A stretch of 64,000 nt of DNA from positions 1 to 64,000 of IMG/VR virus record IMGVR_UViG_3300022871_000011. One strand, 5' to 3'. Positions within the stretch are counted from its first letter, which is position 1. Every line of letters begins with the position of its first letter. Source of the DNA: a virus. This document shows, in pieces, positions 1-8,904 of this stretch. Under the pieces are notes generated by a model. That model was given only the letters and a program-made list of their open reading frames with translations. It made no database searches and had not been told where the DNA came from. Position numbers and translations under genes: made by a program.

Positions 1-127
1 TACTATGCGGTTTGTAATAATCTACTATAAAGGAATAAAATATGAGTAGAATTCAGCCAGACAGACCGGGTTATAATGGCTACGTATGCGAAGGCATAAC
101 GTATGACATTATAGACCCTATAGACTG
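1..127. repeat. 127-bp direct repeat, copy 1 (tail of upstream gene, RBS and first ~28 codons of Ser-rich gene); copy 2 at 868-994
   Basis: 1-127 is identical to 868-994 (offset 867, matching ORF starts 42 and 909); the copies diverge after ...ATAGACTG. Confidence 0.95.
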
Positions 128-884
128 CGAGGGCAATGAGTATGAGCAGCTACCGCCTCTCATCAAAGGGTCAGTTGCTGTGGTGCCTTGGTATAAAATG
201 CAGAAAATAGACGTAGACCCCCGACTAACGGCGATAGACCAGACCTGTAACATTAATTTTGATCCGTTCACAGGGACCTTTGTTGACTTATACACAGCTG
301 TTGAGGATAACGGGTATGAGGGCATCATATCCCAGGATTGCTATGATTCAGATGAGCGGTTTGCTGATGGTTTTATGTCCCCTAATCCTTTCTTTCTTAC
401 GTGCATGTGTGGTAATGCAAGGGAAGCAGAAGGAGGTACGAGTAGCAGTAGCAGCTCCAGTAGCAGTAGCAGTAGCTCAAGTAGCTCAAGCTCCAGCAGT
501 AGCAGTTCAACCAGCTCCAGTTCAAGTAGTTCAAGTAGTTCAAATAGTTCCAGCTCAAGTAGCTCCAGCTCAAGTAGCTCAAGCTCCAGCAGTAGCAGTT
601 CAACCAGCTCCAGTTCAAGTAGTAGTAGTAGTAGTTCAAGTAGTTCAAGTAGTTCTGAACCTCCGTTTGTATCTGGGTGGTATCTCACGGAGGACAACTG
701 GTATTATGATTCAAATTGTACAAATTTTGATTATACGTATTTGGTGTGTGGGTATTTTACCTCTGATGTATGGTGGGATGTTTGTCGGGGAGACCCTGGA
801 GACCCTTTTTTCGGTTCATCTTGGCACGTACTATCAGGCCCCCATAGTGAGGCGGTTTGTAATAATCTACTATGCGGTTTGTAA
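42..884 (+). CDS. Ser-rich repeat protein, probable virion/tail-associated; paralog of 909-2354
   Basis: Cys-containing N-domain, ~70-residue poly-Ser tract, Trp/Cys-rich C-domain; AAGGA upstream; lies next to the tail fibre. Confidence 0.75.
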   Translation: MSRIQPDRPGYNGYVCEGITYDIIDPIDCEGNEYEQLPPLIKGSVAVVPWYKMQKIDVDPRLTAIDQTCNINFDPFTGTFVDLYTAVEDNGYEGIISQDCYDSDERFADGFMSPNPFFLTCMCGNAREAEGGTSSSSSSSSSSSSSSSSSSSSSSSTSSSSSSSSSSNSSSSSSSSSSSSSSSSSSSTSSSSSSSSSSSSSSSSSEPPFVSGWYLTEDNWYYDSNCTNFDYTYLVCGYFTSDVWWDVCRGDPGDPFFGSSWHVLSGPHSEAVCNNLLCGL

Positions 885-895
885 TAATCTACTAT
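852..895. repeat. 22-bp tandem duplication GCGGTTTGTAATAATCTACTAT spanning the stop codon
   Basis: 852-873 equals 874-895; the same junction is seen at window positions 1-28. Confidence 0.9.
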
Positions 896-994
896 AAAGG
901 AATAAAATATGAGTAGAATTCAGCCAGACAGACCGGGTTATAATGGCTACGTATGCGAAGGCATAACGTATGACATTATAGACCCTATAGACTG
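868..994. repeat. 127-bp direct repeat, copy 2
   Basis: identical to 1-127. Confidence 0.95.
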
Positions 995-2354
995 TACCGT
1001 TAACTTCTATGAGTTGTTGCCCCCAAACATAACAGGGAGCCAGACTAATGCCTCATACGAAGATCTGTCTGCTTTGGAGACCGATCCTACTCTGGAAGCT
1101 ATACATGAAGCCTGCGATCTAAGCTTCAATCCCTTCACAGGTACCTTCATAGATATGTATCAGCGCTTTATTGATAACACACTGGATCATTATATAGCTG
1201 ATGATTGTTATGAAACCACAACCTCAGTATATGGCCAGGGCTTCTTAGGGCCTAAACCTATGACAGGTGTAACAGGTGATTGTGGTTGTGGTAATACAGT
1301 AGCACCGCCAGTAGCGCCTCCGAAACCATGGGGTGACAGTAGCAGTAGTAGTGAAGATGCTGATTATAGCACAAGCTCCAGCCTAGGTTTCACAAGCTCA
1401 AGTAGTAGCCTTGGTTTAACAAGTTCAAGTAGTAGCTCAAGTAGTAGTCTAGGGTTAACAAGCAGTTCAAGTAGTAGTAGCCTCGGTTTCACAAGCTCAA
1501 GTAGTAGCCTCGGTTTCACAAGTTCAAGCAGCAGCCTAGGTTTAACCAGTAGTAGCAGTTCAAGCAGCAGCTTAGGTTTAACAAGTTCAAGTAGTAGTTC
1601 AAGCAGCAGCCTAGGTTTAACAAGTAGCAGCAGCAGCCTAGGTTTAACCAGTTCAAGTAGTAGTTCAAGTAGCAGTTCAAGCAGCAGTAGTTCAAGCAGC
1701 AGCCTAGGTTTAACCAGTAGCAGCAGCAGCTTAGGTTTAACAAGTTCAAGTAGTAGTTCAAGTAGCAGTTCAAGCAGCAGTAGTTCAAGCAGCAGCCTAG
1801 GTTTAACCAGTAGCAGCAGCAGCCTAGGTTTAACCAGTAGCAGCAGCAGCTTAGGTTTAACAAGTTCAAGTAGTAGTTCAAGCAGCAGCCTAGGTTTAAC
1901 AAGCTCAAGTAGCAGTTCAAGCAGCAGTAGTTCAAGCAGTAGTAGTTCAAGCAGTAGTCTTGGTCTAACGAGTAGCAGTAGTAGCTCAAGCAGCAGCTTA
2001 GGTTTAACAAGTTCAAGTAGTAGTTCAAGCAGTAGTCTTGGTCTAACGAGTAGCAGTAGTAGCTCAAGCAGCAGCTTAGGTTTAACAAGTTCAAGTAGTA
2101 GTTCAAGCAGCAGCTTAGGTTTAACAAGTTCAAGTTCAAGTAGTAGTTCAAGCAGCAGCTTAGGTTTAACAAGTAGCAGTAGTTCAAGCAGCTCAAGCAG
2201 TAGTCTTGGTCTAACCAGTTCAAGTAGCAGTTCAAGCAGCCTCGGGTTAACAAGCAGCAGTAGCAGTAGCAGTGTGCTTGATACTTATGGGGTCGTTGCG
2301 AGCACTATCCCGGTCGTTATGGGTGGAAATTACGTAGTGCACAGTGTACCTTAA
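909..2354 (+). CDS. Ser-rich repeat protein with (S)n-LG[L/F]T repeats, probable virion-associated
   Basis: N-terminal 29 aa identical to ORF 42-884; more than 20 LGLT/LGFT units separated by Ser runs. Confidence 0.8.
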   Translation: MSRIQPDRPGYNGYVCEGITYDIIDPIDCTVNFYELLPPNITGSQTNASYEDLSALETDPTLEAIHEACDLSFNPFTGTFIDMYQRFIDNTLDHYIADDCYETTTSVYGQGFLGPKPMTGVTGDCGCGNTVAPPVAPPKPWGDSSSSSEDADYSTSSSLGFTSSSSSLGLTSSSSSSSSSLGLTSSSSSSSLGFTSSSSSLGFTSSSSSLGLTSSSSSSSSLGLTSSSSSSSSSLGLTSSSSSLGLTSSSSSSSSSSSSSSSSSSLGLTSSSSSLGLTSSSSSSSSSSSSSSSSSSLGLTSSSSSLGLTSSSSSLGLTSSSSSSSSSLGLTSSSSSSSSSSSSSSSSSSSLGLTSSSSSSSSSLGLTSSSSSSSSSLGLTSSSSSSSSSLGLTSSSSSSSSSLGLTSSSSSSSSSSSLGLTSSSSSSSSSSSLGLTSSSSSSSSLGLTSSSSSSSVLDTYGVVASTIPVVMGGNYVVHSVP

Positions 2355-2371
2355 TAAATAACGGAGATACA

Positions 2372-3766
2372 ATGACAGTTGAATTAAATACACTAGCTCC
2401 TTTAAAATGGGTCGCAGATTATAGCGGTGCAGCTCCTACAATAGATAGTACCGACGATGCACTTGTAGGGGACTTTGCAGTAGATACCTCTAACGATGCA
2501 ATATGGTATTGCAGAGACAACACAGCAGCAGCCGCTGTATGGTCTGGACTGAAACCTATATGGATTGAATCAGGCTCAGACATAAACTTTAATACAGGAA
2601 ACGTTAGTATAGGTACTGCGTTTGGTTCACCGTATGCTCAAGCTGATGATTTTGTAGTTTATGGTGCAGGAGACTGTGGTATTACTCTTATGGGTGGTAA
2701 AACCTCAGCTGATACATCTCATTTATTTTTTGGGGATATTGACGGTGCAGGGGTAGGCAGTATTACTTATACCCATTTTGCAGATGAAATGACATTTAGA
2801 GTTAATGGGTCTGAAAGCATGCGCATCGACTCAAGCGGGGATGTGGGGATTGGATACACAACTCCAAGTAATTTTTCAGCCAGTGGCGCAACTCAACTAG
2901 TAGTGGGTGGTGGTTCGGGGAATGAAGGAATTACCATCTTCAGTGGAACCACGGGGACCGGTTCTATTGCTTTTGCAGATGGAACAACAACGACCCAAGG
3001 ATATGAGGGGCTGATTACCTATAATCATAATACAAATTACATGGGCTTGTGGACTAATCATGTTGAAAGAATGAGAATCGACTCAAGCGGGGATGTGGGG
3101 ATTGGCGGGACTCCTGGCCACGCTTTAGACATTTGGGATGGTGCAATAGGATTAGTTATCGGTGCTCAAAATGCCACAAAGAACAGGACTAATTCTACAT
3201 CTAAAGTTTCGCGCATAGGGATGCCTCATTATACACTTGCAGAAGAACCCGTTGCTGTATTAAGTTGCATCTCAGGGTCGGCATCTAACATAATTAATAT
3301 AGGTGGTGCGTCTGTTTTAATGAACACTGCAACCGATATTAAATTCTATACTAGTGCTACAAATACAACGGTAACTGGAACACAAAGAATGGCCATCGCC
3401 TCAAACGGCGCAGTTAATATAGTAGGCGCATTAACTGCCGCATCCTACTCAGATAACACCCCTTTCTTTTCAGGTGATGCAATAACTGAGATTATGAAAG
3501 TCAAAGGTAAAGACGGGGAACTTGACCATAAAACTCTACCAACTTTTGCAAGGATCACCAAAACAGAAAAGGTAAAAGACAAAGACGGAAAAATTGAAAA
3601 GGATGTAGACGGAAAAGACAAGGTAAAAATCACAGAACACAGAGATTTAGGTGCTATGATTTCAATTTTAACTAAAGGTATGCAAGAGCAACAGACTTTA
3701 ATTACGGCTCAGGCGCAGACAATAAATAACCAGGACGATAGAATAAAAGCACTAGAAAGTGTATAA
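2372..3766 (+). CDS. Tail fibre protein with C-terminal intramolecular-chaperone-like (S74-type) region
   Basis: repeated MRIDSSGDVGIG beta motifs; C-terminal LTKGMQEQQ...RIKALE coiled coil. Confidence 0.8.
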   Translation: MTVELNTLAPLKWVADYSGAAPTIDSTDDALVGDFAVDTSNDAIWYCRDNTAAAAVWSGLKPIWIESGSDINFNTGNVSIGTAFGSPYAQADDFVVYGAGDCGITLMGGKTSADTSHLFFGDIDGAGVGSITYTHFADEMTFRVNGSESMRIDSSGDVGIGYTTPSNFSASGATQLVVGGGSGNEGITIFSGTTGTGSIAFADGTTTTQGYEGLITYNHNTNYMGLWTNHVERMRIDSSGDVGIGGTPGHALDIWDGAIGLVIGAQNATKNRTNSTSKVSRIGMPHYTLAEEPVAVLSCISGSASNIINIGGASVLMNTATDIKFYTSATNTTVTGTQRMAIASNGAVNIVGALTAASYSDNTPFFSGDAITEIMKVKGKDGELDHKTLPTFARITKTEKVKDKDGKIEKDVDGKDKVKITEHRDLGAMISILTKGMQEQQTLITAQAQTINNQDDRIKALESV

Positions 3767-3779
3767 CCAAAAGGAGAGC

Positions 3780-3953
3780 ATGATGGGAAAGGAAGTTAAG
3801 AGGATGTCAATCGCAACAGAGGTACTACAGGCAACGCTGAACTACATTAGCGCACAACCCTATAACCAAGTTGCTAATTTACTTAATGAGATTCAAAAGG
3901 ATGCTAAACCGATTGAAGAAGTAAAGAATAACAAGGAGAAATCAAATGAGTGA
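3780..3953 (+). CDS. Small protein, paralog of 3946-4128 (possible fibre-associated chaperone)
   Basis: RMSI...LQ...QPYNQVANLLNEIQKD aligns with RMSV...LQ...LPFSQVADVLLALQKD; AAGGAG RBS. Confidence 0.65.
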   Translation: MMGKEVKRMSIATEVLQATLNYISAQPYNQVANLLNEIQKDAKPIEEVKNNKEKSNE

Positions 3954-4128
3954 CGACAAGAAGGAAACCCCGGCCGTAGAGAAAAAACAACAACCTGTAA
4001 GAATGTCCGTGTCTCAGCCCCTATTGCAAGGCGCAATAGACATCCTTCAAACACTACCTTTTAGTCAAGTTGCTGATGTATTGTTAGCCCTTCAAAAAGA
4101 TATCAAGGTATCAACAGGGGACAAGTAG
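3946..4128 (+). CDS. Small protein, paralog of 3780-3953
   Basis: AAGGAG RBS; similarity to the upstream gene. Confidence 0.65.
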   Translation: MSDDKKETPAVEKKQQPVRMSVSQPLLQGAIDILQTLPFSQVADVLLALQKDIKVSTGDK

Positions 4129-4157
4129 AGCTATAGTGTATAAAAATAGGAGGAACT

Positions 4158-6353
4158 ATGCCTTACAAAGACATACCTAAGAAACAACCTCATTTATTTG
4201 AGGTTGAACCAGCTATCTATCAATTAGATGATGACCGTGTACAAGGGCTCCGTACAGGCGAAATTACCCAAACAGAATTCATGCGCCTAATGAAACAAGA
4301 AGACCCTTGGGAACTTAGGCAGGGTAAACTGCACCTTGTTACCGAAAAGGAGAATGAGGACCGCAAAGTAATGTTTACGAACCAGCGTAGGATGGCCCTC
4401 AAGAAAACTGGAGGGCTAACAGGCTCAGCTATCAGTGACGACCCTGCAAACTTTAAGAGGGCCTATCCAGAAGTAGCCATTGAGATCGACCGCGTAATGA
4501 GGGAGATCAAAGCTGAAGCGTGCGTAGGGTGTGCAGCCAATCAGAAGATGATACCAATCCTTGAACAGATACTTAAAGCAGAGACTCAAGGTAGAGACCT
4601 TACTATGCTTAAGAATCTAACCCCCCTTACACTCAAGAAACTGAGGGGTGGAGACATCGATGCAGAGGTAGATGTTGCACCAATAGAATATCCTCCTATG
4701 TTTACTAAGACTGTTATCCCTAAGCTACAGGAGCCTGTGGACGTGCCGGTCAAGCCCGACATTAAGAATTTTAAAAAGATCTCGAAGCTCTCCGTTACCC
4801 CGGAAGATTTCTGGGCAGCAGGACCACAGATCCTGGCAGTATATCCTGAACTGACCGAGTACTGGGAGCAGGTAATGACCAAGGCCAATAAAGCCAGCTG
4901 CAGTAGCTGTGTCCGTAAGCGGTATAAGAAACGAATACTAGATAGAATTAAAGCACTTGACCCAGAGGGTAGAGAGGTAGCTCCTCTGACAGCTGTTCTG
5001 GGTACCCGTTTTGTACGACTACTGACTAAGAGCGAAAAGAAAGGCACCGAGGCAATGGCGGCACCCATGCCACCATCTGATACGGGTAATGGCCCCCGCC
5101 CAAGCTGTGTTGATTGTGCTCGTAAGCATGTAGCCCAGGCTATTGTACTCCTAGGAGAGGCCCAGCTAGGCTACCCCGATCATAAGTGGTTGGCAGTAGG
5201 GCACTTAGCCGAAGCATCCGAAGAGATGCTCGGGGACTACCCTGAGATAGCAGCCGACATACGTACAGCTAGGCTCCTTGTAATGGAAGAAGACGTATCC
5301 ACCCCTGATTTGATGGATTTATTCCCCTTATTAGGCGCTGAAGTGTCCCTCTTCGCTCCCGGGGGCTCGCGTGCGCCTCAAAAAAAACTCATTTTAAAGA
5401 ACCACCAAAGCCCTGGCGACATAGTTATGATGACAGCGGCGGTCCGGGACTTTAAAAAGGCCTTTCCTGCCTACGATATAGATGTCAGAACCTCAGCGGA
5501 CCCTTTGTGGGAGAATAACCCCTATTTAACACCTCTTGACGAGTCTGATCCTGATGTGGAGAGCATTGTTATGAATTATCCGCTCATACACAGAAGCAAT
5601 GAAGGCCCACATCACTTCATAAACGGGTTTCGTATGTTCCTTGAAGACCATTTAGGGCTTAAAATACCCGCCGGACCCCTCAAAGGCGATATACACATCT
5701 CAGATGAGGAGAAAGGTTGGATATCACAAATAGAACAGGAAACAGGAAAGGATCAGCCTTACTGGGTTATTGCGGCCGGTGGCAAAACAGATTATACATG
5801 CAAGTTATGGGATCCCTCACGCTATCAGGCCGTCGTTGATGCTATGAACAAGATGGGCATACTATGTGTACAGATAGGTGAAGATGACGAGGGGCATATA
5901 CAACAACCCCTTGAAAATGTAGTTAATTTAATAGGCAAGACCGACCTTAGAGAGTTTATAAGGGTTATATATCATTCTTCAGGGGTCATATGCCCTGTAA
6001 CGTTCCCTATGGTAGCAGCTATAGCGGTGGAGGCTAGACCCGACAGATGCCTCAAACACCGCCCGTGTGTCGTTATTGCAGGAGGTAGAGAACCGGCACA
6101 ATGGCAGGCCTATCCTGGCCATGCATTCCTACACACTCAGGGAAAGCTATCATGTTGTGACCAGGGTGGGTGCTGGAGAAGTCGTATTATACCCCTCGGC
6201 GACGGTGACTCCAAGGATAGTGATCTTTGTGAGAATCCTGTGAAGCTTCGTAATGGTAATACTATACCTAAATGTCTCGATATGATCACACCGAAGGAGG
6301 TACTCCGACATGTCAAAGAATACACAGCCGGTTTTAAGGCCAGTCAAGGTTGA
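4158..6353 (+). CDS. Glycosyltransferase family 9 (ADP-heptose:LPS heptosyltransferase-like) with ~400-aa N-terminal CxxC-containing extension
   Basis: SPGDIVMMTAAVRDFK, LWENNPY, KLWDPSRYQAVVD, NLIGKTDLREFIRVI are GT9-type motifs. Confidence 0.8.
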   Translation: MPYKDIPKKQPHLFEVEPAIYQLDDDRVQGLRTGEITQTEFMRLMKQEDPWELRQGKLHLVTEKENEDRKVMFTNQRRMALKKTGGLTGSAISDDPANFKRAYPEVAIEIDRVMREIKAEACVGCAANQKMIPILEQILKAETQGRDLTMLKNLTPLTLKKLRGGDIDAEVDVAPIEYPPMFTKTVIPKLQEPVDVPVKPDIKNFKKISKLSVTPEDFWAAGPQILAVYPELTEYWEQVMTKANKASCSSCVRKRYKKRILDRIKALDPEGREVAPLTAVLGTRFVRLLTKSEKKGTEAMAAPMPPSDTGNGPRPSCVDCARKHVAQAIVLLGEAQLGYPDHKWLAVGHLAEASEEMLGDYPEIAADIRTARLLVMEEDVSTPDLMDLFPLLGAEVSLFAPGGSRAPQKKLILKNHQSPGDIVMMTAAVRDFKKAFPAYDIDVRTSADPLWENNPYLTPLDESDPDVESIVMNYPLIHRSNEGPHHFINGFRMFLEDHLGLKIPAGPLKGDIHISDEEKGWISQIEQETGKDQPYWVIAAGGKTDYTCKLWDPSRYQAVVDAMNKMGILCVQIGEDDEGHIQQPLENVVNLIGKTDLREFIRVIYHSSGVICPVTFPMVAAIAVEARPDRCLKHRPCVVIAGGREPAQWQAYPGHAFLHTQGKLSCCDQGGCWRSRIIPLGDGDSKDSDLCENPVKLRNGNTIPKCLDMITPKEVLRHVKEYTAGFKASQG

Positions 6354-6996
6354 GCACTACACGGATGAGTTTGGCATAATACACCAGAAAGACCCGATAA
6401 TCATGCAGTATACCCCGGGCTACATTGAGCAGCTCTACAGTGATGATGCGCGCCAGATGGATATGCAGCGTATACGTATGGAGTATGTGCAGGACGTGCT
6501 TGGAGTTACGTATACCCACCAAGCAGATTGTTTAGAGATAGGGCCTGGTAGGGGTTACTTTATGCAATTTGCCAAAGGATCTCTAGGGAGTTTAGAGGGT
6601 TATGATATAGTTGATAGCCTTTATAGCACTGTGACTCAGCAGGAAGCTCTTAGTAGGCAGTGGGACATCCTTTTCATGTATGATGTTATCGAGCACCTAC
6701 CCTCCCTCACTGACCTTTTTAAATATAAGTTTAAATACGCAGTGCTCTCGGTGCCTGGGTTACCTCCTTTGCACTACAAAGGCCCTGACCCTACAGCAGA
6801 ACTAGAAAGGCTGGGGTGGCACCACTATAAACCGAACGAACATCTTCATTATTTTGACCCTTGTAGTTTTAAAAGGTTCTCGGACGCTAATAAGTTCCGC
6901 CTTCTTCGAAGTTCTAACCCAGAGGATGCGTTAAGATCCCACGAGGGAGTCCATCCTAATATAATAACATATACTATTGAGAATTTAAATGACTAA
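6310..6996 (+). CDS. Class I SAM-dependent methyltransferase
   Basis: LEIGPGRG motif I, YDVIEHL, KPNEHLHYF. Confidence 0.75.
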   Translation: MSKNTQPVLRPVKVEHYTDEFGIIHQKDPIIMQYTPGYIEQLYSDDARQMDMQRIRMEYVQDVLGVTYTHQADCLEIGPGRGYFMQFAKGSLGSLEGYDIVDSLYSTVTQQEALSRQWDILFMYDVIEHLPSLTDLFKYKFKYAVLSVPGLPPLHYKGPDPTAELERLGWHHYKPNEHLHYFDPCSFKRFSDANKFRLLRSSNPEDALRSHEGVHPNIITYTIENLND

Positions 6997-7750
6997 ACTA
7001 GTAACCATGGATTGCAAATCATCATACAGGTTATCCAGTATGAAGCGGGCGGGGCATCACGCGATTATACGCTGGTTGATGGGGAACTTTAATCCTGCTG
7101 ATATAGTTGTGCATAAGAATGGCGTTGAAGAAACCCTAGATGATCATAATCCCTATATACTACCAATAAATACACGTTTTAATAACAATGGTAACCAGGT
7201 TCGTAGGTTAAGAGGCAAGTTTTTGGCTGATTCTTATATCTATAATTATGAAGAAAAGTCTCCGAAACGAATATTAAATATAGAAAGCTACTCTAAAAAC
7301 GATAGTGAACTCTGTGACATAGTAGTGATTAGAGATCCATATAATATGATAGCTAGCCGGCTGGAATGTAATTTTATAGATAACCAAGAAGCTAACTTAC
7401 CTAAAACCGTAGCTTTGTGGTTAGAATATGCTGATGTTTACCTAAACCATAAGCAGGAAAATCTTATTTGTATTAATTTTAATGCCTGGTTTAGGGATAA
7501 AACATACAGACAGACTATATGTGCTCAAATGGGGTTATCCTTTTTAGATAGGTCGAGGGCTGAGGTGGCCCGGGCGGGTGGTGGTAGTTCCTTTGACGGG
7601 TTAACTTACGACGGTAAGGCACATCAGATGGATGTATTAAACCGTTATAAACATTACATGACTAATGCTCTTTATAAAAAATATGTATTAACTAATCCTG
7701 ATATTAAGGAGCTCTCCCACAGGATATTTGGAGAAATAATTAATGCTTGA
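6989..7750 (+). CDS. Sulfotransferase-like protein
   Basis: MKRAGHHAIIRWL (5'-PSB-like loop) and VVIRDPYNMIASR (3'-PB-like). Confidence 0.6.
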   Translation: MTKLVTMDCKSSYRLSSMKRAGHHAIIRWLMGNFNPADIVVHKNGVEETLDDHNPYILPINTRFNNNGNQVRRLRGKFLADSYIYNYEEKSPKRILNIESYSKNDSELCDIVVIRDPYNMIASRLECNFIDNQEANLPKTVALWLEYADVYLNHKQENLICINFNAWFRDKTYRQTICAQMGLSFLDRSRAEVARAGGGSSFDGLTYDGKAHQMDVLNRYKHYMTNALYKKYVLTNPDIKELSHRIFGEIINA

Positions 7751-8603
7751 CACTATCTCATTTATAACACTTGCTGATGATGGGTACCTCCCGGGGGTCT
7801 TTACATTGTGTCATAGTATTCGTCGCTGGTATCGTGACATCCCTATCCATGTATGGTATCTCATAAAGGATCCAGCCAACTTAGCTAGGCTGAAGGAGTT
7901 CCAGCAGGTGCACAATAATATAATACTACATGATGCTAACCCTTATAAACAGGGCCGTAAGGAGTGGTACCTTAAGCCTGACATAATAGAGGCAACAGAT
8001 ACGGAGTCGTTCATATTTATGGACGCGGACGTATTGTTAACCTATAAGATTCCATCAGTATTTGATACTATAGAAGAGGGTTTTTTGTGGGGCTGCCGCT
8101 CGGGCAACCGGATACCCGCAAAGAATCAAGGGTTAACTAGCGTGCTACGGAGGGTAAAGCCTACTTCGCTAAATAGAGAACACTCACTACTAACCTCAGG
8201 TATTTTTGGTTGTAATAAGGAATTACACAAGAACATCTTAGATAAATTTAGAGCCGGTTGCGCAGATGAGGCGTTCAGGAAAACTGTTTTTGGTGATATG
8301 CATATTCTTAATTACCATATAGCAGTAAACAATTGGTGGCCCAAAGTACACTATTGTTCAGATAATTCTATCTATGGGACCATATTATGTGATATGGAGG
8401 CTACACGCTTTAAAGATGGACTATTTATAGTGTGTAAAGCTCATTCTAAGGGTATAATACGTATTACACATTACAACGGATCCAAGCCTTGGACCGAATC
8501 TGGACGATTAATGCCTAAGCGGAAGCTTAATACCAACTCCATCCAATTATGGGATAATGTCAACGCAAGTGTCCAGGCAGGGAACTCTTTTTGGGTGCCT
8601 TAA
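7743..8603 (+). CDS. Glycosyltransferase family 8
   Basis: ADDGYLPG..LCHSI, FMDAD (DxD), TSGIF, GDMHILN, HYNGSKPW. Confidence 0.8.
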   Translation: MLDTISFITLADDGYLPGVFTLCHSIRRWYRDIPIHVWYLIKDPANLARLKEFQQVHNNIILHDANPYKQGRKEWYLKPDIIEATDTESFIFMDADVLLTYKIPSVFDTIEEGFLWGCRSGNRIPAKNQGLTSVLRRVKPTSLNREHSLLTSGIFGCNKELHKNILDKFRAGCADEAFRKTVFGDMHILNYHIAVNNWWPKVHYCSDNSIYGTILCDMEATRFKDGLFIVCKAHSKGIIRITHYNGSKPWTESGRLMPKRKLNTNSIQLWDNVNASVQAGNSFWVP

Positions 8604-8631
8604 GGCCTTAAATAGGGGTATTTTAGCCTTG

Positions 8632-8674
8632 TTAAACCCCTTTAAACCCCTTTAAAACCCCTTAAAACCCCTTA
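8632..8674. repeat. Four ~10-bp tandem repeats TTAAA(A)CCCC(T)
   Basis: ttaaacccc tttaaacccc tttaaaaccc cttaaaaccc ctta, in the intergenic region between convergent genes. Confidence 0.85.
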
Positions 8675-8712
8675 TTTTACCCCCAAAAACACCGAAAATA
8701 GGCCTTTTTTCT

Positions 8713-8730
8713 TGGCATTATATACTAGAA
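8713..8730 (+). promoter_or_regulatory. 18-bp motif TGGCATTATATACTAGAA (candidate phage promoter/operator), copy 1
   Basis: exact second copy at 56360-56377; both intergenic, both preceded by AAAATAGGC, both contain TATACT. Confidence 0.5.
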
Positions 8731-8904
8731 CAATAGAGTCTATAACTACGTTGTTCGGGGTTACTTTTTTTTCGCTATGAGCTGACCTAAATGGTGATAA
8801 GGATCTGTTTAGGTGGAATATTAAACACGTCAAAATGCGTATCGAAGACTGACATAATGTCGTCTCTTGAAGAAGTCGATTAATACAAGGCTCGTAGTGA
8901 ATTT

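Noticed and set aside
1-994. Diversity-generating retroelement template/variable repeat
   Set aside because: Copies are identical with no adenine-specific mismatches, lie at gene 5' ends, and there is no reverse transcriptase in the window
259-2253. Leu/Glu-rich, Cys/Tyr/Asn-rich and Val/Ala/Gln-rich ORFs overlapping the Ser-rich genes (also 9032-9436)
   Set aside because: Shadow frames of AGT/AGC/TCA repeats, which lack stops in some frames; no independent RBS or domain
1380-2270. Regularly recurring TAGGTTTAAC units as a CRISPR array
   Set aside because: They are in-frame LGLT codons; the intervening sequence is low-complexity Ser codons, not unique spacers; no cas genes
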